A stretch of 63,310 nt of DNA, counting the filler, from Phoronis australis (lineage: Eukaryota > Animalia > Phoronida): the NCBI GenBank assembly GCA_002633005.1. It is 4 parts of 4 records of this genome, joined end to end, with 100 filler letters (N's around TTAATTAATTAA, not from the genome) between each part and the next. Parts side by side here need not be neighbours in the genome. Positions count along the whole stretch, not along the records: positions 27,178 to 39,533 come from NMRA01001646.1; positions 39,634 to 55,084 come from NMRA01001534.1; 2 more parts are not named here. One strand, 5' to 3'. This document shows, in pieces, positions 38,741 to 50,200 of this stretch; the stretch's first letter is position 1, and the number at the start of each line of letters is the position of its first letter. The position numbers were made by a program, and so were the translations under genes. The notes below the pieces were generated by a model. The model did no database searches. It saw only the letters and a list, made by a program, of their open reading frames with translations, and had not been told where the DNA came from.

Positions 38741-39699
38741 ATAAATCCGTAACACCGAAATAAAACAACACATTTTTATAAGAACTCGGTGTATTTTTAA
38801 GGGGTTTACTTCCAAGTTAGATGATTTATTGCTGTTAAACGATGAATTCAAGCAATAAGCTGACACCAGTAACCCAGGTTGTGAACTACTGAACAGACTG
38901 CGTGTGACGTCATTGGATAATTTCAACACCTCCGTCTGCCGTCAGGTGTCAGATAACGCAACCGAACGTGCCGTTATTGAGTAGAACTACTCGAACTCAA
39001 ATTGATACAAACTAGGTTGTTTTTTGGGTGGTATTCTCCTTTACGATATGAATTGCAAAATCAAATGATGGCCTATAGCCAGAGCGTGTTTCCCATGATT
39101 TTGTAATTACATTCTAGAGTGATGAAAATTTAATGCGACTTATGTTATTCATCTTTATTATGTAGTTCCATTACCGGCGACTTGATTGTGCAACTATAAT
39201 TACTCGACCCTCTCAGCTTTCATTACCAGTAGTACACAAAAATTGACCACATATCTCAAACACAACCATTGAAACGTCAAACTTGTACCCCACATTTGAT
39301 TCACGTAACACCCAGATGTTTACTCAAGCTATGACCACTTAAACACGTTAGTGACCCCATTTTATTCTGAGCAGCAGTGTGTTGTACCATTCAAGTTGAG
39401 GGTAGCTTAACCTGTGTGAATACTCAAAAGAAGGCAAGCATTTAACAGTTGTCAGGTAACAAGACAGTCAGATAATACACATACCAACAAGTAGTAAAAA
39501 CTCTCAACCTAGAGCACTGGCATCTGCAGATGGNNNNNNNNNNNNNNNNNNNNNNNNNNNNNNNNNNNNNNNNNNNNTTAATTAATTAANNNNNNNNNNN
39601 NNNNNNNNNNNNNNNNNNNNNNNNNNNNNNNNNTGTAACAATCTATAGGCTCCACTAAACAATGCCAAGTGAATAATAAATCAATAGCTTTCATTCAAG

Positions 39700-39919
39700 G
39701 AAAAATATGGACAGTTAAAACTGGACAGTTTTTATACCGTAGAAACATGGCTGCGAAGCCGTAAAATGTGTTTGAACCTATAACTTAAAAAAAAACGCAA
39801 TATTTTGAGGAAATATTTTACCGCTGTTTATAGATCCCATAGGACTACATATGTGCCAAATTTGGTGAAAATCGGCTGACCCCTACCTTGCCGCTCATGG
39901 TTGGTGCTCTCGTGGACTA
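39700..39919. mobile_element. Terminal fragment of a DNA transposon with Academ-like ...GTGGACTA end
   Basis: Ends ggctgacccctaccttgccgctcatggttggtgctctcgtggacta. A related reverse-complement piece (agcggcaaggtggggggtcagcc) lies at about 44425-44490. TAG...CTA termini are characteristic of Academ. Confidence 0.45.
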
Positions 39920-39924
39920 GTACT

Positions 39925-40380
39925 TAAATCCCAAAACCACCCCGTACCTGAATAACACCCAACCCCGTTGGCTAAACAATGTGGGGTCATATACCAGCTG
40001 AAATGTGACCAGGATCCCAACCACACCTACATTGGAGAAACCAAGAGACCTTTCCTTACCAGATTCAAAGAACATTAGAAACTAGACAGACCAACAGCTG
40101 CGGGGGGAACACATACTGGCGACTGGGCATTCCATCACTCTTGCGTCATCCAGGATCCTAGCAAAAGAACAAAATTGGTATGATCGTAAGCTCAAGGAGT
40201 CCATAACATCAGCAGTCTGCGCCCCCTCTTGAACCGTCACTAAGGTCTCCACATACCCCCGTGTATTCCAACATTCTTAACCAGAGAAAGGCGGGAATTC
40301 CCTCATTCATTGATAAAGACCTGGCACATCAGTTAGAAACGTCTGCAACCAACTTACCACGTCTCTAAGTAAGTGATCAT
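39925..40380 (+). mobile_element. Penelope-like element 3' fragment: GIY-YIG endonuclease remnant plus pseudo-LTR
   Basis: QCGVIYQLKCDQDPNHTYIGETKRPFLTRFKEH*...EHILATGHSI...ILAKEQNWYDRKLKES: the GIY-YIG/CCHH pattern of Penelope elements, with stop and frameshifts. A hammerhead-like motif follows. Confidence 0.88.
40308..40345 (+). ncRNA. Degenerate minimal type I hammerhead ribozyme motif of the Penelope pseudo-LTR
   Basis: ca TTGATAA agac ctg gcacat cag tta GAAAC GTC tg, versus core CUGANGA-stem II-GAAAC-GUC with palindromic stem III. Core substitutions suggest this copy is inactive. Confidence 0.6.
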
Positions 40381-40562
40381 CTTATACTGCAATGCCTCTA
40401 GAGACCAATGACCAACCTATTTTCCAAGATTGACCTACCCATACATGGTGGATGGAGGTCAAACTGAACTCATCGCATTTTCAATATAACAAAACTAATT
40501 ATTGGGGGGGNNNNNNNNNNNNNNNNNNNNNNNNNNNNNNNNNNNNNNNNNNNNNNNNNNNN

Positions 40563-41785
40563 AATTTATAACTAAGTGGCTATCTATCTTATTTCTCAAC
40601 ACAACCTACAAGATACTCACGGGTCGTACTGCACAACGTATCAAGCGCGTTATTGGTTTATTGATTTGTAAAATCAAACCGATTTTATAAAAGGTCGATT
40701 TACAGGTGAGAATACAAGAATAATTTACGATCTGATGCAATATACATAAGGAAATATTCCAGGACTACTTAGTAATTGGTGATTTGAAAAAGCTTTCGAC
40801 TCTTTATCATGGAAATTTATCTAAAATGTTTTGTCTTACTTTAATTTCAATCCAAATTTCATCGATTGGATTCGTTTCCTGGACAATTTCGCTCGATAGT
40901 GTATTATATAACACGGTTCCGCATCTGAATATTTTCCTATTGGTCGCTTACGTAGCCAAGGGGATCCCCTAAGTCATTATCTGTTTATTTTATGCGTGGA
41001 CATTATGACAAACATGTTTCAGAATAAAAAGAATATAAAGGGAATACAAATTGGAGTCGAGGAACAAAAAAGTGTGAAATTCGCTGATGATAGTTTGTTA
41101 GCAATTGATGCGTCGAACAAGTCATTGAAGCAGTCTATGGGTCTCATGGACCAATATTATAAGTTTTCGGGACTAAAACCTAATATGGACAAAACGCATT
41201 GCATATGGATTGGTGCTAGGAAATTGAGTAACGCTCGTTTATGTCCAGGGGTTAATATCTCATGGCCTTTAGGTCAATTTATGTTTGTGGGAATAAATTT
41301 ATGTTTTTGGCAATAATTGTCTACTTCAAGCTATCCGAGATTGAATTGAACTCGGAAACCCAAGAAAATCAAAATCAAAAAAACAAAAACACCTGGTCGA
41401 GAAGAGCACTAATCGGTCTCGGCAAAATTACTGTCATAAATTCACTTTTCTTAATCAAATAATTCATATTTTTATAGCTCTGCCATCACCATCAAGTGAA
41501 GACACTTATCTATTAGAACGTATGTTTTTCAAATTTATTTGGCAAGGTAAACCTGATGAAATTACAAGGACCGAAATTTTTAAACATTTCGAGCATGGTG
41601 ATTGCGAAATCATTCATATCTCATGTTTTTTGAAATCACAGAAATTAGTATGGCTTAGAAGGTTAATAAATGGTTATGATAAATTTTGTAAGTATCTATT
41701 GTGGCAGCATGATCCGTTGAGAACCTGTTACTATTTTTTGGAGATGCGTTTTGAAGCAATTGTGCAGAAGATATTGAGAATGGAT
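40563..41785 (+). mobile_element. L1/Tx1-clade LINE ORF2 reverse transcriptase remnant
   Basis: Across frames: LNTTYKIL..., FIKGRFTGENTRIIYDL, EKAFDSLSW, QGDPLSHYLFILCVD, KFADD, SGLKPNMDKT, GKITVINSL, FFKFIWQGK. Many frameshifts and stops. Confidence 0.92.
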
Positions 41786-42479
41786 TGTTCTAAAACCCCT
41801 CGACCCCCACACCCTCGACACACAGCCCACTCGATCCACGATCCAAGATCCAAAACCCCCTCGTCCACTTGCATTACCCAAAAGCCAGGTTCGGCTCTGT
41901 CAGATTATCGGCTCTCTTCCAGATTCACTGGGTCTGGCTGGTATTAACAACACCGTACAAAAACGAGGCGCATGTCATCGAAATAGGAACAACGCACTTT
42001 TTCTGAAAGAAACGGCTGACGGACCTCCGAATCACCGAAAACAGGCCGATGCTGCTTTTGTCCCATAACAGGACAGGAATGCCGACGGTGGACAGGAATC
42101 ACGAACTATTTTTCGGTTTGACAGATCTGAATTCCAAATGATGTCGTATAGATTTCACAAGCTATTGGTTAACTTGCAAGATCCATGCGACGGGCGTAAC
42201 AATACAGGTCGCACAGACATCCTACCTTGGGCGCCCATCAGGCCGGTTACCAACAAATGCTTATTTTAAGATAGAAAAACAAAGTGAACAATAAATACGT
42301 CCATCTACCGATATTCATGCGAAGAGCTTGTGCCCTACAGTGTAGTTTCCCGTTGGGGAGTTGGCGGGGAAGTTGGCTCACGAGCTGCCACGCGCTCTAA
42401 CTGCACGAGACCTGCCGTATAGAGCCAGAGCAGGGACCGTAGATAGGTAGACAAATCTTCTGGCGACATCCCGTTGGAC

Positions 42480-43515
42480 GGCCACTGCCGGACGCAAAAG
42501 GTACCCGCTCATCCAAAACCTTTACGGCAAACAGATGGCGCTTCTCATCAATCACGTGTCATTTTATCGCTCAAACATAGTCTATGCTCAAACAGAGACC
42601 GTCTCAAATAAGACTGTCTGCCAGAGAATCTTAACCAAGCACCTTGACCTACATTCTGCTGCTGCTGACTGTAGCCACAGGTCACGAGAGTTCATGAACC
42701 AGACAGTGTATGTCCTCAGTGATGAGTGGCGAATTTGTGTGGAAAAGAAATCTTTGTGTCCGACATTCCATGTTTAAAACCCCATTTGTAATAACTGTTT
42801 ATAACATAAAATTAAGATGAAAGTGTTAATAATCTACGCTGTTGTGGTTGCTCGGGTAAAATATATATTCAATGAACGTGACCATGGTGAGGCTATTAAA
42901 CCGGGCCCGGCCACTTTTCCGCCCGGCGAGATTTTGGCAACTCAACAACCATAATTTTAATTAGGTTGAAATATAACCACTATATTTTTTAAATTATGCT
43001 TGAATTATACATGGTGATATACATGTTAGGTTTTATTCTCTTGCGATATTTTCTTTTTCGTTCAGTGTCTCGTTCTCTTAGCCAACAACACTGAGCCCAG
43101 CAGACCGGACTGGCCGTGGCACGGCACGGCAGCTGATGGTTCACCGCCAAGTAGAAACGACTGTAATATTTTATGTTCTATCAACACTAAGGCAAAAGAG
43201 AGTGGTTTCAACTTATATAATATCTATTTAACGAACTGAACCATGCACTATGAACATGTTGGTGGCCATGATCAATAACAGCTGACAGCATAAACAAAGA
43301 GTGAAGCACTGAGCTCGTCATGTCACGTTGTCACAACGGCGATGTGACGTCAGCAGCTGTAGAATGTAGGTCAAGGTGCTGGGTCATGATTCAGTTCACA
43401 CAAGAATGTCACATGACTGTAAGCTGCGCTGCCTGTTAGTAAAGCACCATTACATATAGCACCATCTGTTTGCCGTAATGGTTTTGGATGAGCGGGTACC
43501 TTTTGCCTGGCGGAC
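42480..43515. repeat. Inverted repeat pair of about 55 bp, 0.9 kb apart
   Basis: gcaaaaggtacccgctcatccaaaacctttacggcaaacagatggcgct (about 42494-42542) versus agcaccatctgtttgccgtaatggttttggatgagcgggtaccttttgc (about 43458-43506). Confidence 0.85.
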
Positions 43516-43968
43516 AATGTTGTTTCATGGACCGTAGTGACGTCTAGCGGGCGTGTGTGCAATAAACAAATCTTGCAATATACGGCGGCTCCGGTTGGTA
43601 AAAAACCAACGGTGCTTTTTGCACTGCCTACGGCTGCAGTAACAGTTAATTGAAAATCTGTAACTTAAAGTACATGTATGTTTTTTGCTTCCCCACTGAC
43701 TAAGATAGATGATGTTCACAATTGAAACAAAAGATGTTTTTGCGAGAAACTGTTGCCAGTCAACCAGTGATGGGCTGAGTGGTTTCAAGTTAATGGCTTT
43801 ACTGTTCCCTGCGCATACATGGAAAGTTATCTTAAATGCTTCGCATGTTTTTGGGAACTACTGATCAGTTTATTCTATGCCCATTGGTGCTTCTAACTAC
43901 TTTATTTCATGTCTTTGTACAGTCTTATACATAGTATTTATTTACAAAATTGATTATTGTTACATTAT

Positions 43969-43971
43969 CAT

Positions 43972-44012
<41 letters not shown>

Positions 44013-44028
44013 TATATATATATATATA
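43969..44028. repeat. Compound microsatellite (TATACA)n(TA)n
   Basis: Directly visible. Confidence 0.95.
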
Positions 44029-44282
44029 TTCGGTTTTTATAAGAAAAAAGGCTCTAGACACCGTTCCTATAAACTGACTTAAATTCATTTTTAACTTAAG
44101 TCTAAGATTTCTCTCCACTTCCAAATTTTGAAACTTCCACATCATAGCCAAATTTAAGACAAAATTAAGTAAAAAACTTCAGTCAAACTTAAGACCTCTT
44201 TCTAGAAGCGGACTTGAGACAAATTTAAGAACGCTAATTTAGTATACTCGAGCACTAATTACTACAAGTACTCCCATGGAGA

Positions 44283-44634
44283 ATAAAAAATCACGAGATT
44301 TCCACTATCACGATCTAACCTAGAATCAGGCTCGCCTTTTGTGTCGGTACACAATACTATGGATAATGTGGTCAAAGCTTACAGTCAGTCATAAAAAAGG
44401 AATCAACAGGTGATTGTTAAGTATCAGTCCACGGATCCACCGACCACTGTACAGCCAACAAGCGGCAAGGTGGGGGGTCAGCCATTCAGATCCNATAAAA
44501 AATCACGAGATTTCCACTATCACGATCTAACCTAGAATCAGGCTCGCCTTTTGTGTCGGTACACAATACTGTGGATAATGTGGTCAAAGCTTACAGTCAG
44601 TCATAAAAAAGGAATCAACAGGTGATTGTTAAGT
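44283..44634 (+). repeat. Near-identical direct duplication of about 140 bp, separated by a transposon end and a single N
   Basis: ataaaaaatcacgagatttcc...gtgattgttaagt at about 44283-44423 and 44494-44634; N at 44493. Confidence 0.88.
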
Positions 44635-44829
44635 CTAATTTCTCTCAAAATCAACCCTTTTTCTCCATTCGAAATTGTTTTGGTGAAAGTATTTCATATA
44701 AAACTGCTTCGTGACATTTGTTGGAAGTCGTTTGCAATGGAGTTTTAAATTTATCTCATACGCGTTGAATCTGTGGAGGGAAAGACGGCCATGTAATAAT
44801 TTTCCGTATGCACTTCCCGCATTACTTTT

Positions 44830-46170
44830 ACAGTTACCTCTGACATGGAAAGTTCAAAAGGTTGGGCAATGTTGACTCGACGTCGTTAGCTGGTTCGATC
44901 ATCAAACTTTCCGCAAATAGTTTAAAGTGATTCAATTGTAGTAGTGTAAATAGCACTCAATATGCAATCAGGTCCAATCGTAACATCTGGAACTGGACTG
45001 TTAATTATCTGACAGTTTTGTCTCGGATTTCGTTTGCTAAATATTACATTGTCTGGGACACAAGCAGCAATTCCTCGGGAAGCACCATATCAAATATTTC
45101 AAGAAGATGTTACAAGTGCAGTGCTAAGTTTCCATTGTTTTTTTCCCTGTTATCTATTTTCAAGTAATTAATCGTTACATTTAAAACTGTTTCTTTTACT
45201 AGAGAAAACTTGCAATCTAACACGCAAGTAAAATCAGATAGGATGTGATCAGCCAAGTGAACAGTCTGAGTGTAGTATTTAAAAAATCTGCGGATAAAAT
45301 GAAAGAAACTTAGAAATTCGAAGCGTATGGGATAAATGCAAAACGTACCTCGATTGGCGTACATGAAGTAATGTCCCACGAGACACTATTCCGTGTATCG
45401 ACCGAGACCGTTAGGCGGAATAATGTCTCGTGGGATATTACTTCATGTACGCCAATCGAGGTACGTTTCGTGTATTTATCCCATAAGCGTTGAATCAGTC
45501 GAGTGCAACATGGACATTCGATATTGTTCTCCGTATTCGCCATCCGCACTATTTCAACAGTGATCTCTGACATGTAAAGTTCAAAAGGTAGGTCAATGTA
45601 GACTCGATGTCGTAAGCCGGTTCGATCATCAAAATTTCCGGAAATAATTTAAAGTAATACAAATGCAACAGTGTAAATAACACTCAACACTCAAGCATGT
45701 CACAATCGTAGCATCTGGAACAGGGCGATTAATTATATGCCGGTTTTGTCTCACGTTTTCAGATGCTAAAAATTCCTCGGTAACTACAATATCAAATATT
45801 GTTATTTAACTATTTTCAGGAGATGTTACACGTGCAATGCACATTTACCGTTGTTTTCATTTTTGTAATCTCTTTTCATGACATGAATCTTTACATTTAA
45901 AACTGTACAGTTTCTTTGAGTAGAGAAAACTTTCAACCTAACGCGCAAGTAGGCCTATATACATGTACATCAAGGATGTGATCCGCCACGTGAACAGTCT
46001 GAGTGGAGTATTACAACATTTGCCGAAAAAAATGAAAGAAACTTAGGAATTCGAAGCGCATGGGATAAATACAGAACGTATCTCGATTGAATTAAACAAA
46101 GTAATATCCCACGCGACATTATTCCACGTATTGGTCTCGGTCGATAAGAGGAATAATGTCTCGTGGGACA
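44830..46170 (+). repeat. Old tandem duplication, period about 730 bp
   Basis: ctctgacatggaaagttcaaaaggttgggcaatg (about 44838) versus ctctgacatgtaaagttcaaaaggtaggtcaatg (about 45564); similarity continues through the MITE with many substitutions. Confidence 0.85.
45326..45485. mobile_element. Palindromic MITE / fold-back element, 160 bp
   Basis: Arms of about 68-70 bp (45326-45393 and 45416-45485) are near-perfect reverse complements around a 22-nt loop; TA at both ends. Decayed copies at about 46059-46212 and 46640-46793. Confidence 0.9.
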
Positions 46171-47200
46171 ATGCTTCATTTTCACCCCTCCTGGTACGTT
46201 TTGTGTATATCAGGCGCACTGTATACAACAAAATTTCTGGACTACGTGAGCTTATCGGATGAAAACAGACAATAAGAGAGTTGGACTACGTAAACATTGG
46301 TTTGTCACTGTCAAACTGATAACGTCCCGGTTGTATCCCTACTGGGTGACAATTCAACCTAATTTTTCCTATGTTTTTTCGCAAGAAATATTATGGACAT
46401 TTCTCCCACTTGGTGGTGTCTTTCCATCAAATTGACGAATCAGAGAGCTAGATTGTATTTTTGTGCTGAGTACTTATATGGCAGCTTCCGTGGAGAGAGA
46501 TTTATGAAACAGCACTAAATTGTGGTAACCAGAAGCTGAAGAAGCTTGCATAAGCATTCTGACAAAAGCTGATGGCCTATGCAACTCTGTAGATCAGTAT
46601 AGACGGAAAAGAACAAAANAAACTTAGGAATTCGAAGCGCATGGGATAAATACAGAACGTATCTCGATTGACGTAAACAAAGTAATATCCCACGCGACAT
46701 TATTCCACGTGTTGGTCTCGGTCGATAAGAGGAATAATGTCTCGTGGGACAATGCTTCATTTTCACCCCTCCTGGTACGTTTTGTGTATATCAGGCGCAC
46801 TGTATACAACAAAATTTCTGGACTACGTGAGCTTATCAGATGAAAACAGACAATAAGAGAGTTGGACTACGTAAACATTGGTTTGTCTCTGTCAAACTGA
46901 TAACGTCCCGGTTGTATGCCTACTGGGTGACAATTCAACCTAATTTTTCCTATGTTTTTTCGCAAGAAATATTATGGACATTTCTCCCACTTGGTGGTGT
47001 CTTTCCATCAAATTGACGAATCAGAGAGCTAGATTGTATTTTTGTGCTGAGTACTTATATAGCAGCTTCCGTGGAGAGAGATTTATGAAACAGCACTAAA
47101 TTGTGGTAACCAGAAGCTGAAGAAGCTTGCATAAGCATTCTGACAAAAGCTGATGGCCTATGCAACTCTGTAGATCAGTATAGACGGAAAAAAACAAAAT
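46040..47200 (+). repeat. Near-identical 581-bp tandem duplication with a single N at the junction (likely allelic assembly artefact)
   Basis: ORF-track copies are offset by exactly 581; N at 46619; only a handful of substitutions. Confidence 0.88.
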
Positions 47201-50200
47201 ATGTCACAAACGTTTGTATAGCAAAACAGCTGCTTCGTCCCACTGGCTGCTACAATATACTGCTATAGAAATCTGAGCGTGAGACCAAAAATCTAAAGGG
47301 CACAGAAATCCATAGCGGCGTATTTAGATACCAGCAATAGAAGTAAAACTGACGCTGTTGAAAGTAACTCAGATGTTGTTCAAGATTTCCCACGAAAATC
47401 AATCAGTCTTTCAAAATCTGAAACCCACAATGAAGCTGCAGTTCATACACTCTGACACCTAAGCACATCGTTTACAAAGAGGAAAAGTGTGCTCACCATA
47501 TGAAGGAAGCTTTTCGGTAAATTATGCAATCGCACTCATTAAACCATCCAAATCACGTTGCTATTAGTTTAGAAAAGGCTTTTGCACATAGAGGAATGCT
47601 TCGGGGGCCGTTGATGTATTTACCTGCAATCAACCGTTTTTCGAACAGTCGGTCGTCCAGTTGACCAAATCGGAACTTTGCCATTTTTAGGAGTTGCTCG
47701 CTCCAGGGGATAATCATATGGACTCACACTGCCGGTGTGATTTTTTCAGAAGATGAAATGGAGCCGATGGTTGCAATGAACGTTAAATCAACACGCCAAA
47801 GTGACCAACATCCCCCGCTGTAATCCTGGGACAGGTGAAACACCTTCTCAATGTTTTGTATACATTAGTCACTTAGGTGGCAGCAATGGTAACTAAATTG
47901 AAGTGCCCAGGAGGCCGACGTTCCCGTAGTAATCTGAAGACAGGGAAGTCCCCGCCTATTTCGTCAAACGTTGATTACCATGATCGAAAATCTGTTGATA
48001 ACAGTATGAGCATCTGATTAAAAAATAATAAATTTAAATCAGTGCAATGGTACATCAGCTGTCTTGTTGTCAGCCTCATCAGCTGAATCAACTGTCAGAA
48101 GTCCACATTTTTAGGCGGCAGATTAGACGGCATTAAATGTGTTTGCCGGTGGTGGATCAACTCTTGATGAGTAGTCTGAACAATTTGGATGCCAACTCAC
48201 TGGTAGTTAAACATTAAATTAATGTTAACAGTTCGCGGTTTTCAGTTGGACTTGCATCGCAAGCAGCAGCTCAGTCCGGGGACCTGAATGTGCAACTGAA
48301 ATTGAAGGATAAAGATTTCGTGGCTTTAGAAGCCCAGCACTACAGATCATGGTATGAAAATAGAACGACAATGATCATGTACAGTGAATAATCCACAATT
48401 TTCAGTGATGTTTTTCTACATTTTTGTTTGGTGTTCGTGGAATTAAAGCTTCTAACACATGGACATGTCATTTGCCTTTCAAAAATATTGAAAGCAAAAG
48501 ATTGAAGATACATGGATAGAAAGCAGGTGAGTATGAACTTATTTGTACACGCAATCTTAAGAAACGACTGCTGAAGTTACCCACAGTTGCAGTTTGTGCT
48601 CAACTAAGAGATACAAAAGTGGATTGAGGCTAGTGATCAATGATTCACTTGCTGGTAAACCAATTAACACAACTCAGTATAACATTTTTTGAATGAAACC
48701 TGTGGCCGAATCCTGCCTCCAAGCAAGGACTGTTTGACCCTTCATGACTGCATGCAAGCAAATTACCAGTGCTCAGTACTGTACCCTCTCTAATCGGCCA
48801 CTTCACTGTAAAACTTTGGACAATTCTTGTATAATGCGAATGATGTATTCTAAGTCAACCATAGTAAATAGACCGCCAGCTTCTCAAACTCCGTTATTTC
48901 GTTTCTTGTGATGAAAACTGTGAGCTGTGAATTATATTCATTGATTTAGTCATAGCAAGTACAAACATGTACTTTGATCATTGATATGTACTTGTCTTAG
49001 ATTGCTTACTAGTCACTAATGACCTAGTATTTTCATGCAGTCGTTGTCCACATTCAAAGAATCCATCATGTTTTTGTTCAAGATATTTATGTTATACTAT
49101 GCAAACAAATTCCACTTTATTCCATTAGTCAATGGTGCAGTCTCTGAAACACATATTTGATGACTCTCTGTTATAGAATGCTATTCTGCTAGTCAGACAA
49201 TTTCAGAATAACCTTCTGATAAAGTCGATATTTAGTTAGCAACTCCTCTACATGTACATAAGTGACACAAGTAATGCCAGTGTATTATTGTTAAATACAA
49301 CAGTATCGATGAGATTTGATTACTTATTTTTAAACAGGTAGGAAGAATGTTGTTTTTACAAATATAAGTTACCTAACGTATCGGTATCTCTTACGTAACT
49401 TCAAACCGAAAATTCTCAGCAATATGCAACTTTTTTACCCGGAAACTTCTTAGATTTTGAAAACACAATAGTAAGTGAATTAAAAAAATACCAAAACTGA
49501 AGTAAAATTGCCCCCAAAAGTACTCATAAAACGTATGTTCTAGAAGCCTACAAAACTCGGTTCACCGCCTATTTATATCCAGGACAAAAAAGAGTTTTTT
49601 TCAGAATCGTAAAAAGTTTTGAAAGCGCCGTGTGCATTATCGATTTTTTGATAAAAACTCTTTGGAGGAGTTTGCACAGTGCAAATCATAATTTCTGAAA
49701 ATTTCTTTTTGAAACCAGACAAATACAATTCTTGTGTTACTTTTATGCTTATGAAGGAAATTTGAATTTATGGTGATAAAGTCGTACTATCAATATGGTG
49801 ATTGAAACTGACAAGATGTAATCAATTAAAAAGATAGAAAATCCTACAAACCCTTGTTCATTGCTGCAGACGCAGTGTTTGGCTTGACGCGTGATTACAT
49901 GTAGTAATCACGGCCGTTTTTTCTTTCACGGCATTGCTTGTACCGCGTATTCGGTATTTCGCATACAATTTTACAACATAATTCTCGCAAAAACACAATT
50001 TGAATGAGGTGGGTTACAAGTTTGAGACTGGGGATAGTCACCAATGCCTTGGCAAGGGTTTTTATCGCATATGTTTTTCGTTTCGTGTGAAGCACATCTT
50101 GAAATGCAAAAATATAGTCCAGTGTCTAATTGGTCAATATTATGGTTCACGGTGACGGTGGAACACTTGTTCTCAAGATTAAGTATTAATCCACTATTAA

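Larger units (their letters stand above)
37339..39040. mobile_element. Kolobok-like non-autonomous DNA transposon (possibly two nested derivatives)
   Basis: TTAA|AGGAAAATGACACC left end and GGTGGTATTCTCCT|TTAC right end (11/14 inverted match, near-TTAA target). Contains THAP-domain remnants. Confidence 0.62.

Noticed and set aside
46040-47200. Recent tandem gene duplication (paired 62-83 aa ORFs)
   Set aside because: The ORFs are MITE-derived, and the N at the junction suggests allelic overlap.
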